A stretch of DNA of 64,000 bases, from positions 1-64,000 of the IMG/VR virus record IMGVR_UViG_3300005466_000025; one strand, given 5' to 3'. Positions 63,897 to 64,000 of the stretch are shown piece by piece; positions within the stretch are counted from its first letter, which is position 1; each line of letters begins with the position of its first letter. Position numbers and translations under genes: made by a program. Below the pieces are notes generated by a model. The model searched no databases and was not told the origin of the DNA. It worked only from the letters and a program-made list of their open reading frames with translations. This stretch comes from a virus.

Positions 63897-64000
63897 CTTT
63901 CATAACATCTTCTCTCTGTTATTACTTTAGCAGCTTTTGATTGCATTCTTCTATAGTAGGTATATGTCTTTTAGCATTCTTGAGGGCAATGATATATTTT

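Noticed and set aside
1-64000. tRNA genes, CRISPR array, integrase, DGR
   Set aside because: No cloverleaf, equally spaced direct repeats, recombinase or reverse-transcriptase motifs were seen by eye; tRNAscan-SE would be needed to exclude tRNAs.

Overview
The window is part of a larger (>64 kb), moderately AT-rich tailed-phage genome with siphovirus-type morphogenesis genes. No portal, terminase, DNA polymerase, tRNA or CRISPR array was recognised. Layout: (i) 0.7-19.4 kb, minus-strand virion module: Mu gpI-like protease/scaffold, decoration protein, major capsid protein, neck, major tail protein, -1 frameshifted chaperones, 1906-aa tape measure protein, Dit and minor tail proteins. (ii) 19.7-28.6 kb: phosphoesterases, dNMP kinase, GT4 and surface/lectin-like proteins with high-GC patches. 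(iii) 28.6-52.3 kb, plus-strand early-type region: many small genes, a sigma factor and a phiEco32-like amidoligase/GATase/ATP-grasp cluster. (iv) 54.4-64 kb, minus strand: glycosylation/methylation genes, nucleotide metabolism and lysis. The most striking feature is at 32.1-35.3 kb, where almost every small gene is enclosed by its own unique 22-42 bp inverted repeat. Of the 16 transition differences between arms, 15 give G-U pairs on the plus strand. The helices are packed back to back with 6-8 nt linkers and closed by outer helices, implying a ~3 kb 'rosette' mRNA in which each gene is a loop. Also notable: a papain-like peptidase with non-circularly rearranged catalytic segments, widespread leaderless extended -10 promoters and a 50%-acidic microprotein. 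An actinobacterial host (possibly Thermoleophilia) is inferred, not shown. All family calls come from motif recognition by eye; no searches were run.
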